Source: a virus
DNA: 64,000 bases
Direction: 5' to 3' (one strand)
IMG/VR virus record: IMGVR_UViG_3300007538_000022
Coordinates: 1 to 64,000 of that record
A program made the position numbers and the translations under genes. The notes beneath the pieces were generated by a model, which saw only the letters and a program-made list of their open reading frames with translations, made no database searches and had not been told where the DNA came from. Within the stretch, counting starts at the first letter, position 1. Each line of letters opens with the position of its first letter. Below, piece by piece: positions 18,734-27,915 of the stretch.

Positions 18734-19058
18734 AACTGTTTATTTGTTCCCTTAATGAATCGATTACTACTTGTTGCTGTTGTACTAATGATCGTATATC
18801 ATTGATATTTAAACTTAACTCCTCATAATCTTTAACAGTGATCCCATATAAAATTGCTGGACTACCTTGTTTTTGTAATTTTTCAAATACTTCTATATAA
18901 TTATCTAATGTAATTATGTTCCAATTTATAGTTCGCAGTTTTAATTGATCAACTTTTGGATGTAAAATTATTACAGGATTTGTATTACGTACTGTAATTG
19001 TTGGTTTATTTGTAGTAGTGCAGCTTGTAAGAAGTAATAAAAATAATAGCACTTTCAT
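18720..19058 (-). CDS. o-spanin lipoprotein
   Basis: MKVLLFLLLLTSC lipobox; ATGA overlap with i-spanin stop. Confidence 0.7.
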   Translation of the reverse strand: MKVLLFLLLLTSCTTTNKPTITVRNTNPVIILHPKVDQLKLRTINWNIITLDNYIEVFEKLQKQGSPAILYGITVKDYEELSLNINDIRSLVQQQQVVIDSLREQINSYGKQ

Positions 19059-19507
19059 TGCAATTTCCTTAAAAACGGACATTCTGAATTGAACTCTTTG
19101 TCTGTAGTTGCTGAAAGTTCTTTATCCGTAAGCGGTGATCCTGATAAAATTTCAAAACATCTATTTACATTTTCCGTAGCATTATTAATAACTTTTTCAA
19201 CTAATTTTGGTTTTTTGATTGATAGTTCTGTTAAGTTGTGTTTATTTTGTTTTTGTATTAATAATTGATTTTGTTTTCTAATTTTAGCTAATTTTTCATT
19301 TGTAGATTTAATAACCTTATTTGCTCGAGTAACATCTTCTTTTAGTGAGTCGATTGTATTATTACTAATTTCATTAGCTAAATTAAGTTCTGCATTATTT
19401 TTTTCTAAGTTAGCTATAGTTGTTTGGCTATATTTAAAATATAGTCCTCCTATAATTGAAGTTATAAGTACATATACTATTGCATAATTTATCATTCCGT
19501 TAAACAT
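19055..19507 (-). CDS. i-spanin
   Basis: N-terminal TM then long coiled coil, between endolysin and lipoprotein. Confidence 0.7.
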   Translation of the reverse strand: MFNGMINYAIVYVLITSIIGGLYFKYSQTTIANLEKNNAELNLANEISNNTIDSLKEDVTRANKVIKSTNEKLAKIRKQNQLLIQKQNKHNLTELSIKKPKLVEKVINNATENVNRCFEILSGSPLTDKELSATTDKEFNSECPFLRKLQ

Positions 19508-19510
19508 TAA

Positions 19511-20341
19511 TTACCCCAATAGTTTTGTTAATGTATTATACCCTGCAATTCCATCAGGAATTAAATTATTATCTAATTGCCATTTTTTAAGTCGTCGTTC
19601 GGTATTAGGACCAAATATGCCATCTGCTGCTATTTTCAAAGCGTGCTGCAGTCTAATAACATCGTCACCTCGAGAACCTAACGATAATACTGTAAATTCT
19701 TTACCTTGATCGAGAACTGATAATGCCTTATTCCACTTTTTAATTCGATCATCTAATCCATTTGAACCACCGTTAATTTTAACCGACAGACCGACAATAT
19801 CTTTTTTATCGCAAAAGACATTTAAATTGTTCTTTTCCCAAAACCAGCAAGCTGATTCTACTGCACCATTAGGCGTTCTTACATATTCTACTGCTTTGTC
19901 AAGCGTAATATTTACAGCTTGACTAAAATGTTTATAATTATTTTTCCCAGTTAGTTGTATTAACCCACCTCCGCGATATCGCCATCCATCACCTGACGCT
20001 TCGTCGCTATTACCTAATCTATTTGAATAAACTATATTTGCAATTCTTTCAGGTTGTCTGTGATACAAATCTGCTGATCTTCCTGCTTTTATGAAATACT
20101 TGGGAAATACTTTATTCAATGCAGTTGAACTATAATTTAAATTTTCACTAAGTACAGTAAATTCGCATGATTCATGCGAACACTGTGCAATAAAGCACGC
20201 TACCCGATCTACAGTATTAATTTTCCATTTTGGTAGCATAACACACAATGCAGAATACCAGCTATCTACTTCCTGGTTAGATGGGATTAATTCTGCTAAA
20301 TAATCTCGTTTAAAATTAAAGTTAAATCCATATTCTTTCAT
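19511..20341 (-). CDS. GH19 endolysin with C-terminal peptidoglycan-binding domain
   Basis: FIAQCSHES, ENLNYS, YRGGGLIQLTGKNNY; DGIFGPNT and DGIAG repeats. Confidence 0.9.
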   Translation of the reverse strand: MKEYGFNFNFKRDYLAELIPSNQEVDSWYSALCVMLPKWKINTVDRVACFIAQCSHESCEFTVLSENLNYSSTALNKVFPKYFIKAGRSADLYHRQPERIANIVYSNRLGNSDEASGDGWRYRGGGLIQLTGKNNYKHFSQAVNITLDKAVEYVRTPNGAVESACWFWEKNNLNVFCDKKDIVGLSVKINGGSNGLDDRIKKWNKALSVLDQGKEFTVLSLGSRGDDVIRLQHALKIAADGIFGPNTERRLKKWQLDNNLIPDGIAGYNTLTKLLG

Positions 20342-20348
20342 TATCTTC

Positions 20349-21059
20349 TCACAACCGTTTTAATACTAATAAATGATTATCATTTTCAAAAGTTAACTTA
20401 TTACCATATTTTGTAATATTATAATCGCCGATATACTTAGATAAAAAAATAATTTCAGCAAAATCATTTGTATTATATGATTCTGTAATGTTACTTAATG
20501 TTTCTTTCAATGGACCAACATCTATAAACTCGAACAGTAAAGGATCTGCCCATTTTTTAGAAATTGTAATTTCATTTCCTTTCATTTCTATTAAATCTAC
20601 ATAGCTTCGATCAAAAAATCGACTATAATTATATATCGAAGATTCTGAAATTTTAGTAGCGTAGTCTTTAGTAGTAGCCGGTACTTCTGCTAAATTTTCA
20701 AGGGTTGCAGGTTTACTACGGAAATTTTTATAATAACGATACCTTATGTTAGGTATATTAGTCAATTTCATAATTCCTGTAATAATGTTAAACAATTGTT
20801 TTGCAATTTCAGAGTTTCGTTCTATTTCAACAAATACCTTGTAATATCCGTTATCTTGTTCTCCTGCAGTAACATCGGCATCTAATACATATGGAAATCC
20901 TTTTTCTAAAAAGTCAACCATATCTAATGCAGCTTCTTTTGTTTTTAGTTCGATTGCTACGGTTACAATATCTGCATCACTACCCATTTTTGAAGCATAT
21001 GAATCTATTTCTACAATATTATCTACTAAATCTATCAAATCGTTTTTTCTTAATGTCAT
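20349..21059 (-). CDS. Hypothetical protein
   Basis: 236 aa co-oriented ORF. Confidence 0.7.
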   Translation of the reverse strand: MTLRKNDLIDLVDNIVEIDSYASKMGSDADIVTVAIELKTKEAALDMVDFLEKGFPYVLDADVTAGEQDNGYYKVFVEIERNSEIAKQLFNIITGIMKLTNIPNIRYRYYKNFRSKPATLENLAEVPATTKDYATKISESSIYNYSRFFDRSYVDLIEMKGNEITISKKWADPLLFEFIDVGPLKETLSNITESYNTNDFAEIIFLSKYIGDYNITKYGNKLTFENDNHLLVLKRL

Positions 21060-21061
21060 TA

Positions 21062-21640
21062 TTATATCCCTGCTGCTGCTTCAAATCCTGCGCCAGGTGT
21101 TCCTGCTGCTCCCCCTGCTGCTCCCCCTGGAGTTGCTGGAAATGGTTGTTGAGGTTGAGATTGCGTATTTTCCTTTGGTTTTTTAGTATTAAACTCGTTG
21201 TCATTAGATTCATCTTCTTCTTGATTTAATGCATCTATATCTAACTCGTCTAATAAATTTCTAGGCATTTGAATAGATACTATCCATATAGGTTCTTTAT
21301 CTAATTTTCCTTTTTTTGATCCAGGTCGAATGTCATCGGGTTTTTCAATTTTTCTAGGTTTAACTAAATTGGTTTTTTGATATGTTACTTTACACCCGTA
21401 GTCTAACATTCGTTCACCTCCAATAGGGTCAGGCATATTTTCATATTTCCACATAAATGAACATGTAACCCAATGACGTTTAATAATTGGTCCTTCGACT
21501 AATTCGCCATCTTCCCAATTACTGTAAACATACAAATTTAAATCATCTAACACTCTTTCAAATTCTTTTAATATATAAAAAGATGTTTTTGAGTGATAAA
21601 TTTGCTTAATATTATTAATAATATCTAATACGTCCTTCAT
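21062..21640 (-). CDS. Hypothetical protein with low-complexity C-terminus
   Basis: 192 aa ORF, GAGG RBS, late motif upstream. Confidence 0.7.
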   Translation of the reverse strand: MKDVLDIINNIKQIYHSKTSFYILKEFERVLDDLNLYVYSNWEDGELVEGPIIKRHWVTCSFMWKYENMPDPIGGERMLDYGCKVTYQKTNLVKPRKIEKPDDIRPGSKKGKLDKEPIWIVSIQMPRNLLDELDIDALNQEEDESNDNEFNTKKPKENTQSQPQQPFPATPGGAAGGAAGTPGAGFEAAAGI

Positions 21641-21869
21641 TTATGAGCCTCTAATATTTTATCAAATTTGAGCGTGTTAATACCATTTCCCATTAAGGTA
21701 TATATTTAACGCGAGTATAACTATATTTATCTCATCGCCAAATTACATCAAAATAACTAGTTATGTACATTTTACCAGTTTAACACACTAAATATTGTAA
21801 GTAGATTATATTTTTTCTACTTACAATATCTAAATTATTTTAGATCACAACCTATAAAGGGAGAACTTA

Positions 21870-22583
21870 ATGGGTGCAAAAAGAAATTCACAAAAAACCT
21901 CAAGCTATGCAAATGTCGTTAACATTAATTTTACCTCATTACAAGCTAGTAAAGTTAAACTTTTACCTAGAAACACAAACCAAGAACAATATGTAATAAA
22001 TTTAATGGATAATTCAAAAGACATTGTATTTGGTATTGGTCCTGCAGGTACTGGCAAAACATTACTTGCGGTTCAGGCTGCCATAAAGCAGTTTAAAGAA
22101 AAAGAAGTGGATAAAATTATAATAACACGACCTGCGGTGTCGGTTGATGAAGATTTAGGATTTTTACCGGGAACATTGGAAGAAAAAATGGCTCCGTGGA
22201 CAATACCGGTGATGTCAATATTTGAAGAATATTATCATCCTACATCTATTAAAAGTATGTTAGTAGATAAAGTTATTGAGATAGCACCGTTAGCATACAT
22301 GAGAGGTAGGACTTTTAAAAATTCATTTATTATTGCAGACGAAGTACAATTAACAACATTAAATCAAATGAAAATGCTTTTAACTCGTATAGGAGAAGGA
22401 TCTAAAATGGCTATAACCGGGGATTTGAATCAAAGTGATCGATTATTAAATAATGGTCTACGTGACTTTTTGAATAAACTAGAAAAGTTCTCAAGTAATA
22501 GAATAAGTATTACACATTTTAACAATAATGACATCGAACGTCATCCTGTTGTTGAAGAAATTTTACAAATATATAATTTTTAA
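21870..22583 (+). CDS. phoH: PhoH-like ATPase
   Basis: GPAGTGKT, LGFLPGTLEEK, YMRGRTF, DEVQ, LTRIG, GDLNQ, RHPVV. Confidence 0.93.
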   Translation: MGAKRNSQKTSSYANVVNINFTSLQASKVKLLPRNTNQEQYVINLMDNSKDIVFGIGPAGTGKTLLAVQAAIKQFKEKEVDKIIITRPAVSVDEDLGFLPGTLEEKMAPWTIPVMSIFEEYYHPTSIKSMLVDKVIEIAPLAYMRGRTFKNSFIIADEVQLTTLNQMKMLLTRIGEGSKMAITGDLNQSDRLLNNGLRDFLNKLEKFSSNRISITHFNNNDIERHPVVEEILQIYNF

Positions 22584-22592
22584 TCTAAGTTG

Positions 22593-22627
22593 TTAAGTAA
22601 CGCTAGAATATTTCTAGCGTTACTTAA
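22593..22627. terminator. Bidirectional terminator between convergent genes
   Basis: 16-bp perfect stem TTAAGTAACGCTAGAA-tat-TTCTAGCGTTACTTAA. Confidence 0.75.
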
Positions 22628-22632
22628 TTGTT

Positions 22633-23154
22633 TTACACAATCTGCTCAACTCCGATATTACACTTTCTTAAAAAATCAACACCATCTAATGAGCGATACT
22701 TATGTTTGAAATAAACTTTTTCAATTCCAGCTCCGTAAATACTTTTAGAGCATTCTATACACGGTGTATGTGTAACAAACATATGTGCATGTTTTCCACT
22801 ATCATGACTATTAGCTAACTTATCAAGTGCATTTCGTTCTGCATGTAAAACTTCTAACTTAGTTGCTAAACGATATCGATCAATTTCTTGATCATCTATG
22901 TCGCTGTATTCGACATACGGCCAGGTGTCTTCAATTTCGTAAAGTGGTAAGTTTTCCCATAAGGGATTTTCATCTTTTCTCCAAACTCTATATTCACACT
23001 GATTGTCCCATCCAGCAGGAGTTCCATTATATCCAATTGAAATAATTCGATTATCTTTAACTATAATACATCCAACTTTCAATCGTTTAGCATAACTTAA
23101 TTCTGAAAATCTTGTTGCAACATCCATATACGCTTGTTTAATTCGATTATTCAT
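22633..23154 (-). CDS. dCMP deaminase
   Basis: KVGCIIV, GYNGTP, HAERNAL, PCIECSK. Confidence 0.9.
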   Translation of the reverse strand: MNNRIKQAYMDVATRFSELSYAKRLKVGCIIVKDNRIISIGYNGTPAGWDNQCEYRVWRKDENPLWENLPLYEIEDTWPYVEYSDIDDQEIDRYRLATKLEVLHAERNALDKLANSHDSGKHAHMFVTHTPCIECSKSIYGAGIEKVYFKHKYRSLDGVDFLRKCNIGVEQIV

Positions 23155-23392
23155 TTGTAAAATACTCTTTTATTATTTTACCGCAAGCTAATGCGGTATC
23201 TGCTTTATCATTAAAATCATATGCTATCATCATGTTTGAATGCTGTTCGCATAACTTATAGCAATCTAATACTACGTCATTTATTAATGCAATAACTTGC
23301 TGACGATCAGTCTCGCATAGTGATAACGCATTAATTTTTGTTTGATATTTGTTAATCATTCCTTGTCCAAATTTCAGTAGACACTGTTTCAA
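23147..23392 (-). CDS. Hypothetical protein
   Basis: Short ORF overlapping both neighbours; start uncertain. Confidence 0.55.
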   Translation of the reverse strand: MKQCLLKFGQGMINKYQTKINALSLCETDRQQVIALINDVVLDCYKLCEQHSNMMIAYDFNDKADTALACGKIIKEYFTNE

Positions 23393-23831
23393 ATTTGCGT
23401 TTGTAAATTTGATGAAATTTTTCTAAAATTTGATTAATAGGGATAAATTTATCACAATCATAACTTCCAAATATTCTACTTAAATGAAAGTTTTGTATCA
23501 CTGGCAGTGCTTGATTAAGTATATCTGCCCCTCCAATGACCCAAACAACATTTGTAGGATCGTCTTTCTCAAGACGTTTTAGAATATCAGGTACATCACC
23601 GTTAGCAGTTTCTACGTTAAGAAGTTCTTTATGTGTAACGACTACATTTCTTCGTTTAGGTAATGGTTTTGGCATACATGGATCTTCCCATGTTGTTCTT
23701 CCCATTACGACAATATTTTCAATAGTACTAGATTTAAACCATTTTAAGTCATTACTATTTTTTGGCCAGGGCAATGTACCATTTTTAGAAATACCACCAT
23801 TATCATCGCATGCTAAAATTGCATTAATCAT
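23352..23831 (-). CDS. folA: Dihydrofolate reductase
   Basis: LPW..DLKWFK, VVMGRTTW, PLPKRRNVV, VIGGA. Confidence 0.92.
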   Translation of the reverse strand: MINAILACDDNGGISKNGTLPWPKNSNDLKWFKSSTIENIVVMGRTTWEDPCMPKPLPKRRNVVVTHKELLNVETANGDVPDILKRLEKDDPTNVVWVIGGADILNQALPVIQNFHLSRIFGSYDCDKFIPINQILEKFHQIYKRKFETVSTEIWTRND

Positions 23832-23833
23832 TA

Positions 23834-24763
23834 TTAATCCTTACATGAAAGCCTAGCTAACTGAATTAAAACCGCAGCTAAATTAATTTCTGCATCTGCA
23901 CATATTGTATGATTCACTAAGCCGTCTTTTATAATTAAAACTGCATCATCTTGTAAAGTTTCAGTGTTACCAAATAACTCTATATTAGTATATAGCCATC
24001 TGTAAACATCCTCCATTTCTTCTGCTCTAATTGTACCGCATAATAATTTCCGAGCATCTTGGATTTTACCTTGTTTAAAAAGATCAACCATTTTAAACTT
24101 CCATTCTTGCTCTCCTGCATCTCCTTGCGATACTGGAGAAAGCATACCATTTTGTGAGTTCATTTGAACAGTGTTAATACACTTACGCAAATCTGGATAA
24201 GTTGCCTTAACATAAGTATCAAGAATGTCTAATTCAGGGGTAACTCCTTCGGTTAGCAATATTTCAGCAACTCTTGCAGTAAATTCTGTTTGATCTATTG
24301 TTTCAATTAAGAAACCTTGGCACCTTGAATGTATTGCTGGTATTATTTTATGAGGGAAGTTACATGTCATTAAAAATCTAGATGTACTATGATATTCCTC
24401 CATTACTCCACGTAATGCTGCTTGTGCATTGTGTGAAAGATAATCTGCTTCATCTAATAATACAGCTTTAAACTCACCAAACGGCATTAATTGAATAAAA
24501 TTAACAATTTTGTCCCTAATATCATCTACTGAATTTGTTCGTGAAGCATTAATTTGCAATATATCATAAGGATTTACATCTAATTCATTTAGAAGTATTT
24601 TTGCTAATGTTGTTTTTCCAACACCAGGTCCTCCGCTGAACAACAAATGTGGGATAGATTTTTCATCTATCCATTTACGAATTTGTTTTTCTTGATTAGA
24701 GTCTCTAAATACATATCCGTTAATTGTATCTGGTCGATACTTTTCGACCCATAAATTTTGCAT
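23834..24763 (-). CDS. Clamp loader AAA+ subunit (gp44/RFC small-like)
   Basis: LWVEKYRP, GPGVGKT, LDEAD, SRC; start at Met8 of track ORF. Confidence 0.92.
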   Translation of the reverse strand: MQNLWVEKYRPDTINGYVFRDSNQEKQIRKWIDEKSIPHLLFSGGPGVGKTTLAKILLNELDVNPYDILQINASRTNSVDDIRDKIVNFIQLMPFGEFKAVLLDEADYLSHNAQAALRGVMEEYHSTSRFLMTCNFPHKIIPAIHSRCQGFLIETIDQTEFTARVAEILLTEGVTPELDILDTYVKATYPDLRKCINTVQMNSQNGMLSPVSQGDAGEQEWKFKMVDLFKQGKIQDARKLLCGTIRAEEMEDVYRWLYTNIELFGNTETLQDDAVLIIKDGLVNHTICADAEINLAAVLIQLARLSCKD

Positions 24764-24793
24764 ACATTTACCTTTAAAAAACAAATAAAATTA

Positions 24794-24823
24794 ATTATAT
24801 TACACAAACTATATTGTTGTCAA
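24794..24823 (-). promoter_or_regulatory. Sigma70-type promoter
   Basis: TTGACA-18 nt-TATAAT upstream of clamp loader. Confidence 0.6.
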
Positions 24824-25365
24824 TAATAATTTTTTTTAATATTTAATTCAGAAAATGCTATTTGTATAGCTTTAGATTGGTAAATAGCATCTGCTAACGC
24901 ATTATGCAAATTTTGTTGAATTGATTTTCTAGGATCTTTAGCACAACATGAAAATAATGTTCTACTATCTCTAATTTGCCAAAAGTTCCAAGGTATTGAT
25001 CTTCCTGCTGAACGGTACATGTCTTCTAAAATAGTCATATCAAAACCATAACCTTGTGCCCAGATAACGTCTACACCTACTAACCATTTAGTAAGGGTAG
25101 TTAAACAGTTGTCAACTGTAATTGCATTTGTCTGATCTAATGCTTCTTCTAAGATAGATTGATCTTGTTTAGCCCACCAATTAATAGTGTCATCAGATGT
25201 TGTTCTACTTAACCGATTTTGATCATCGATTGAAATTTTTAAATATAATTCGTCATATGGTTCTTTAGATGAATGTGGATTAAATTTACACCCGCCTAAT
25301 GTAATAACTGTACTTTGAGGACAAGTATCTAAGGTTTCTAAATCGATCGTAGCATGTATTTTCAT
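24820..25365 (-). CDS. DEDDh 3'-5' exonuclease (DexA/exo VIII-like)
   Basis: IDLETL, WAQG..FD, RDSRT, HNALADA. Confidence 0.85.
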   Translation of the reverse strand: MKIHATIDLETLDTCPQSTVITLGGCKFNPHSSKEPYDELYLKISIDDQNRLSRTTSDDTINWWAKQDQSILEEALDQTNAITVDNCLTTLTKWLVGVDVIWAQGYGFDMTILEDMYRSAGRSIPWNFWQIRDSRTLFSCCAKDPRKSIQQNLHNALADAIYQSKAIQIAFSELNIKKNYY

Positions 25366-25538
25366 TCTCTATTTTCGTTTCCAATACCAGATAAAATTAA
25401 CATAATATATAAAATAGGCCATCCCCATCCAGATAAAAACCCAGTAATATGAAGTACCATTAATGATACTCCAGTTAAGCCTAGTGTGCTTATGCCAGAG
25501 GATACTGATGTATATCGTTTAAAGTTTTGAATTTTCAT
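25362..25538 (-). CDS. Small two-TM membrane protein (58 aa, not in track)
   Basis: MKIQNFKRYTSVSSGISTLGLTGVSLMVLHITGFLSGWGWPILYIMLILSGIGNENRE; ATGA overlap with exonuclease start. Confidence 0.6.
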   Translation of the reverse strand: MKIQNFKRYTSVSSGISTLGLTGVSLMVLHITGFLSGWGWPILYIMLILSGIGNENRE

Positions 25539-25575
25539 ATTTAATTTGTTGTTATTGTTTATGTTAAATTATACT

Positions 25576-25607
25576 ATTGTTATAGGTAGACATCTACCTA
25601 TAACAAT
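25576..25607. terminator. Near-perfect palindrome immediately after GroES-like gene
   Basis: ATTGTTATAGGTAGA-ca-TCTACCTATAACAAT. Confidence 0.65.
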
Positions 25608-26000
25608 TTAAATATTAGAAAAAAGTTGAGGATCAAATGATGCAGATTGGCCGTTTGAATATTCCGCTCCTACTTGCAAATCATTTGGTTTATGTGTATT
25701 AAATGCTAGTATATTATCTGGATCAACCATTCGATACGTTGTTTCAATAGTTTGATCTGTCATTGTAAAACTTCTAGTCCATCGGCCGTGTTCAACAAGA
25801 ACCCAATCTCCTATTTGATACTCGTCTACATTGTCTTTTCCTTTATCAACTACCCTTCCCCATCTAGGATAAATTCCTCTAGTAGTACCGTCGTCACTTT
25901 TTATAATAACACCTGATGCAGTTTTCTGTTCTCCAAAATACATATCAGTTATTATAACTCTATTAGTAATAGCTCTTGGCTTTCCAGATATAAGTCCCAT
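25608..26000 (-). CDS. GroES-like co-chaperonin
   Basis: RVII..EQKTASGVII mobile loop, GRVVDKG, IGDWVL, DNILA. Confidence 0.75.
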   Translation of the reverse strand: MGLISGKPRAITNRVIITDMYFGEQKTASGVIIKSDDGTTRGIYPRWGRVVDKGKDNVDEYQIGDWVLVEHGRWTRSFTMTDQTIETTYRMVDPDNILAFNTHKPNDLQVGAEYSNGQSASFDPQLFSNI

Positions 26001-26012
26001 ATAGTTTACCTT

Positions 26013-26435
26013 TTATTTTTGAACAAAATTTCCGTCTTTATCTTCAACCCATTCCTCATCTTCTAACATTTTCTTTTCTTCTGCAGAAAGCGGTTGTTTA
26101 ATTGTTTCTTTTTTTGTAGTCGGACTACTAGTTTTTTTGGATGTACTAGCAGTTTTTGTTGTATCTACATTCATTGAATCTGCTGTTTTTTCATTAGTAG
26201 ATGCATCTACAGTTTTATTAGTTTTTTTTTGAGTGTCGTCTTTTGCAACACGCGCATAATGCTCTTTTACAATATCTTCACGTTTTTTAATGATCTTTCC
26301 ACCTGGACCTAACTCGTCACCTCGAGCATTAACCCTAACATTACCGACTGCAGGAGTTAATTCGTTTTTCTTTTTGAGCAACTCCATGTCAACAATCTTT
26401 CCACGCATTGATTTATATTCACGTTTTATAGCCAT
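26013..26435 (-). CDS. Hypothetical protein
   Basis: AVGNVRVNARGDELGPGG core with Thr/Lys-rich linker. Confidence 0.7.
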   Translation of the reverse strand: MAIKREYKSMRGKIVDMELLKKKNELTPAVGNVRVNARGDELGPGGKIIKKREDIVKEHYARVAKDDTQKKTNKTVDASTNEKTADSMNVDTTKTASTSKKTSSPTTKKETIKQPLSAEEKKMLEDEEWVEDKDGNFVQK

Positions 26436-26445
26436 ATCTTTTTCC

Positions 26446-26964
26446 TTATCTTAAAAACTCTCGCCAATCTAATTCATATTTGATTGGATTAATTTTGTGT
26501 AGTTCAAGTAAATATAATACAAATGAACTAACACTACTACCTCTACCTACGCCCCATAATATATTATGTTCTCTCATTAAGTCAACTAAAAATTTTACAT
26601 ATTTAAGAACATTTAAAAAATTAAGGTTAATGTATACTTCAAATTCTTCATTCAATCGGTCAACTTCTTGTTGACTTTGACATTTATTTAACAAATAATC
26701 ATAAACATCAAACTCTTTATATTTAGTAGGCATAAGCCATTCTGTTTGTAAAATTTCATCAAACATTAGTACATCAATGTCTAATGACATATACAATTTT
26801 AAACCTGGTAAATCTTTATTAAATTGTATTTCATTAAATTTCTCAACATCTTCAGATGGTTCACACAATACATTAAAAAGTTTACTAGCATCATTTGAAT
26901 ATAAGATATCTACAATATCTTTATCAGATGCTCTTAATAAACCATACTTATCTTTAACTAACAT
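26446..26964 (-). CDS. Stand-alone fragment homologous to DNA polymerase III alpha palm region
   Basis: GVGRGSSVSSFVLYLL..INPIKYEL..REFLR; stops before the catalytic PDIDxD. Confidence 0.75.
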   Translation of the reverse strand: MLVKDKYGLLRASDKDIVDILYSNDASKLFNVLCEPSEDVEKFNEIQFNKDLPGLKLYMSLDIDVLMFDEILQTEWLMPTKYKEFDVYDYLLNKCQSQQEVDRLNEEFEVYINLNFLNVLKYVKFLVDLMREHNILWGVGRGSSVSSFVLYLLELHKINPIKYELDWREFLR

Positions 26965-26995
26965 ATCAACAAACTATTATTAATAAAACATTATT

Positions 26996-27229
26996 TTAAT
27001 TGATATTAATTAATGTGTCAAGCCCTTCGATTCCTGATTGTTGTCGTTGCTTTTCAGCTTCCTCTGCACGTCTATTGTACAATTCTTCTTTATACATATC
27101 AATTACTACTGCAATTTGTTGTTTTAATATTGGATTATGTGTCTGAAAATATTTCCTTTGTAAATCTATTGTTCCAGTTTCAAGTTCAGATAGTGATATA
27201 CTGGAAACATTAATTAATGGATTAAACAT
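26996..27229 (-). CDS. Hypothetical protein
   Basis: 77 aa co-oriented ORF. Confidence 0.65.
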   Translation of the reverse strand: MFNPLINVSSISLSELETGTIDLQRKYFQTHNPILKQQIAVVIDMYKEELYNRRAEEAEKQRQQSGIEGLDTLININ

Positions 27230-27899
27230 ATTGCCCTTTACATTCTACAAACAATGTTTGCCCAGAGTCAGGCGTCCAAATTTCAAAAATCATAGGATTA
27301 TCTTGGCTAGTTGACTTTAATAGTCTAACCGTATTATCATATCCAATTGGTGTAGTTGCAGTATCATTTGCATAAATTGCTGATGTTGCGTATTTAGTAG
27401 TAGTTGCTGTATCAAAGTTTAAATTAACAGTAACATCACTATCTACACGAGTGCTAGTTACTGCAAGTCTCATAGATGTTACTGCAATATTGGAATCTTC
27501 CCGTAATGGCCAATCTGTAAAGTTAAACCCTACAGTTTGTATATTTTGTTCATCAATTGAGCTGTCAATCACAATGCGAACTTCTTGATATAAACCATCT
27601 GGTACATATATTGACAAGTTGTTCGATACACTGTCGTTATTAATTACCATTGTTGACCGTTTAAATTGTACTGAACTTAATGACAATATTGGATTAATTA
27701 GAATTTTACCAGTTGATCCAAAATTGTTATTTTCATTTATTTTAACAGTAGTATCTTGTAAATCAGTAATCTCACTTCCTGCTTTAGCAAAATTATCTTT
27801 AATAATTTGGAAATTATCTCTAAAGCCTTGTGTATCGTTATCAACACCTGCTACTGGATATTCTGCATCTATTGTTTCACTTATGATTGTACTAGTCAT
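27222..27899 (-). CDS. Putative baseplate/tail protein
   Basis: YPVAGVDNDTQGFRDNF N-terminus; structural block. Confidence 0.55.
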   Translation of the reverse strand: MTSTIISETIDAEYPVAGVDNDTQGFRDNFQIIKDNFAKAGSEITDLQDTTVKINENNNFGSTGKILINPILSLSSVQFKRSTMVINNDSVSNNLSIYVPDGLYQEVRIVIDSSIDEQNIQTVGFNFTDWPLREDSNIAVTSMRLAVTSTRVDSDVTVNLNFDTATTTKYATSAIYANDTATTPIGYDNTVRLLKSTSQDNPMIFEIWTPDSGQTLFVECKGQYV

Positions 27900-27915
27900 T
27901 TGTTTTCCTTAAATT

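Noticed and set aside
21637-21693. 18-codon leader ORF (MGNGINTLKFDKILEAHK) overlapping the next start
   Set aside because: Too short, no independent support
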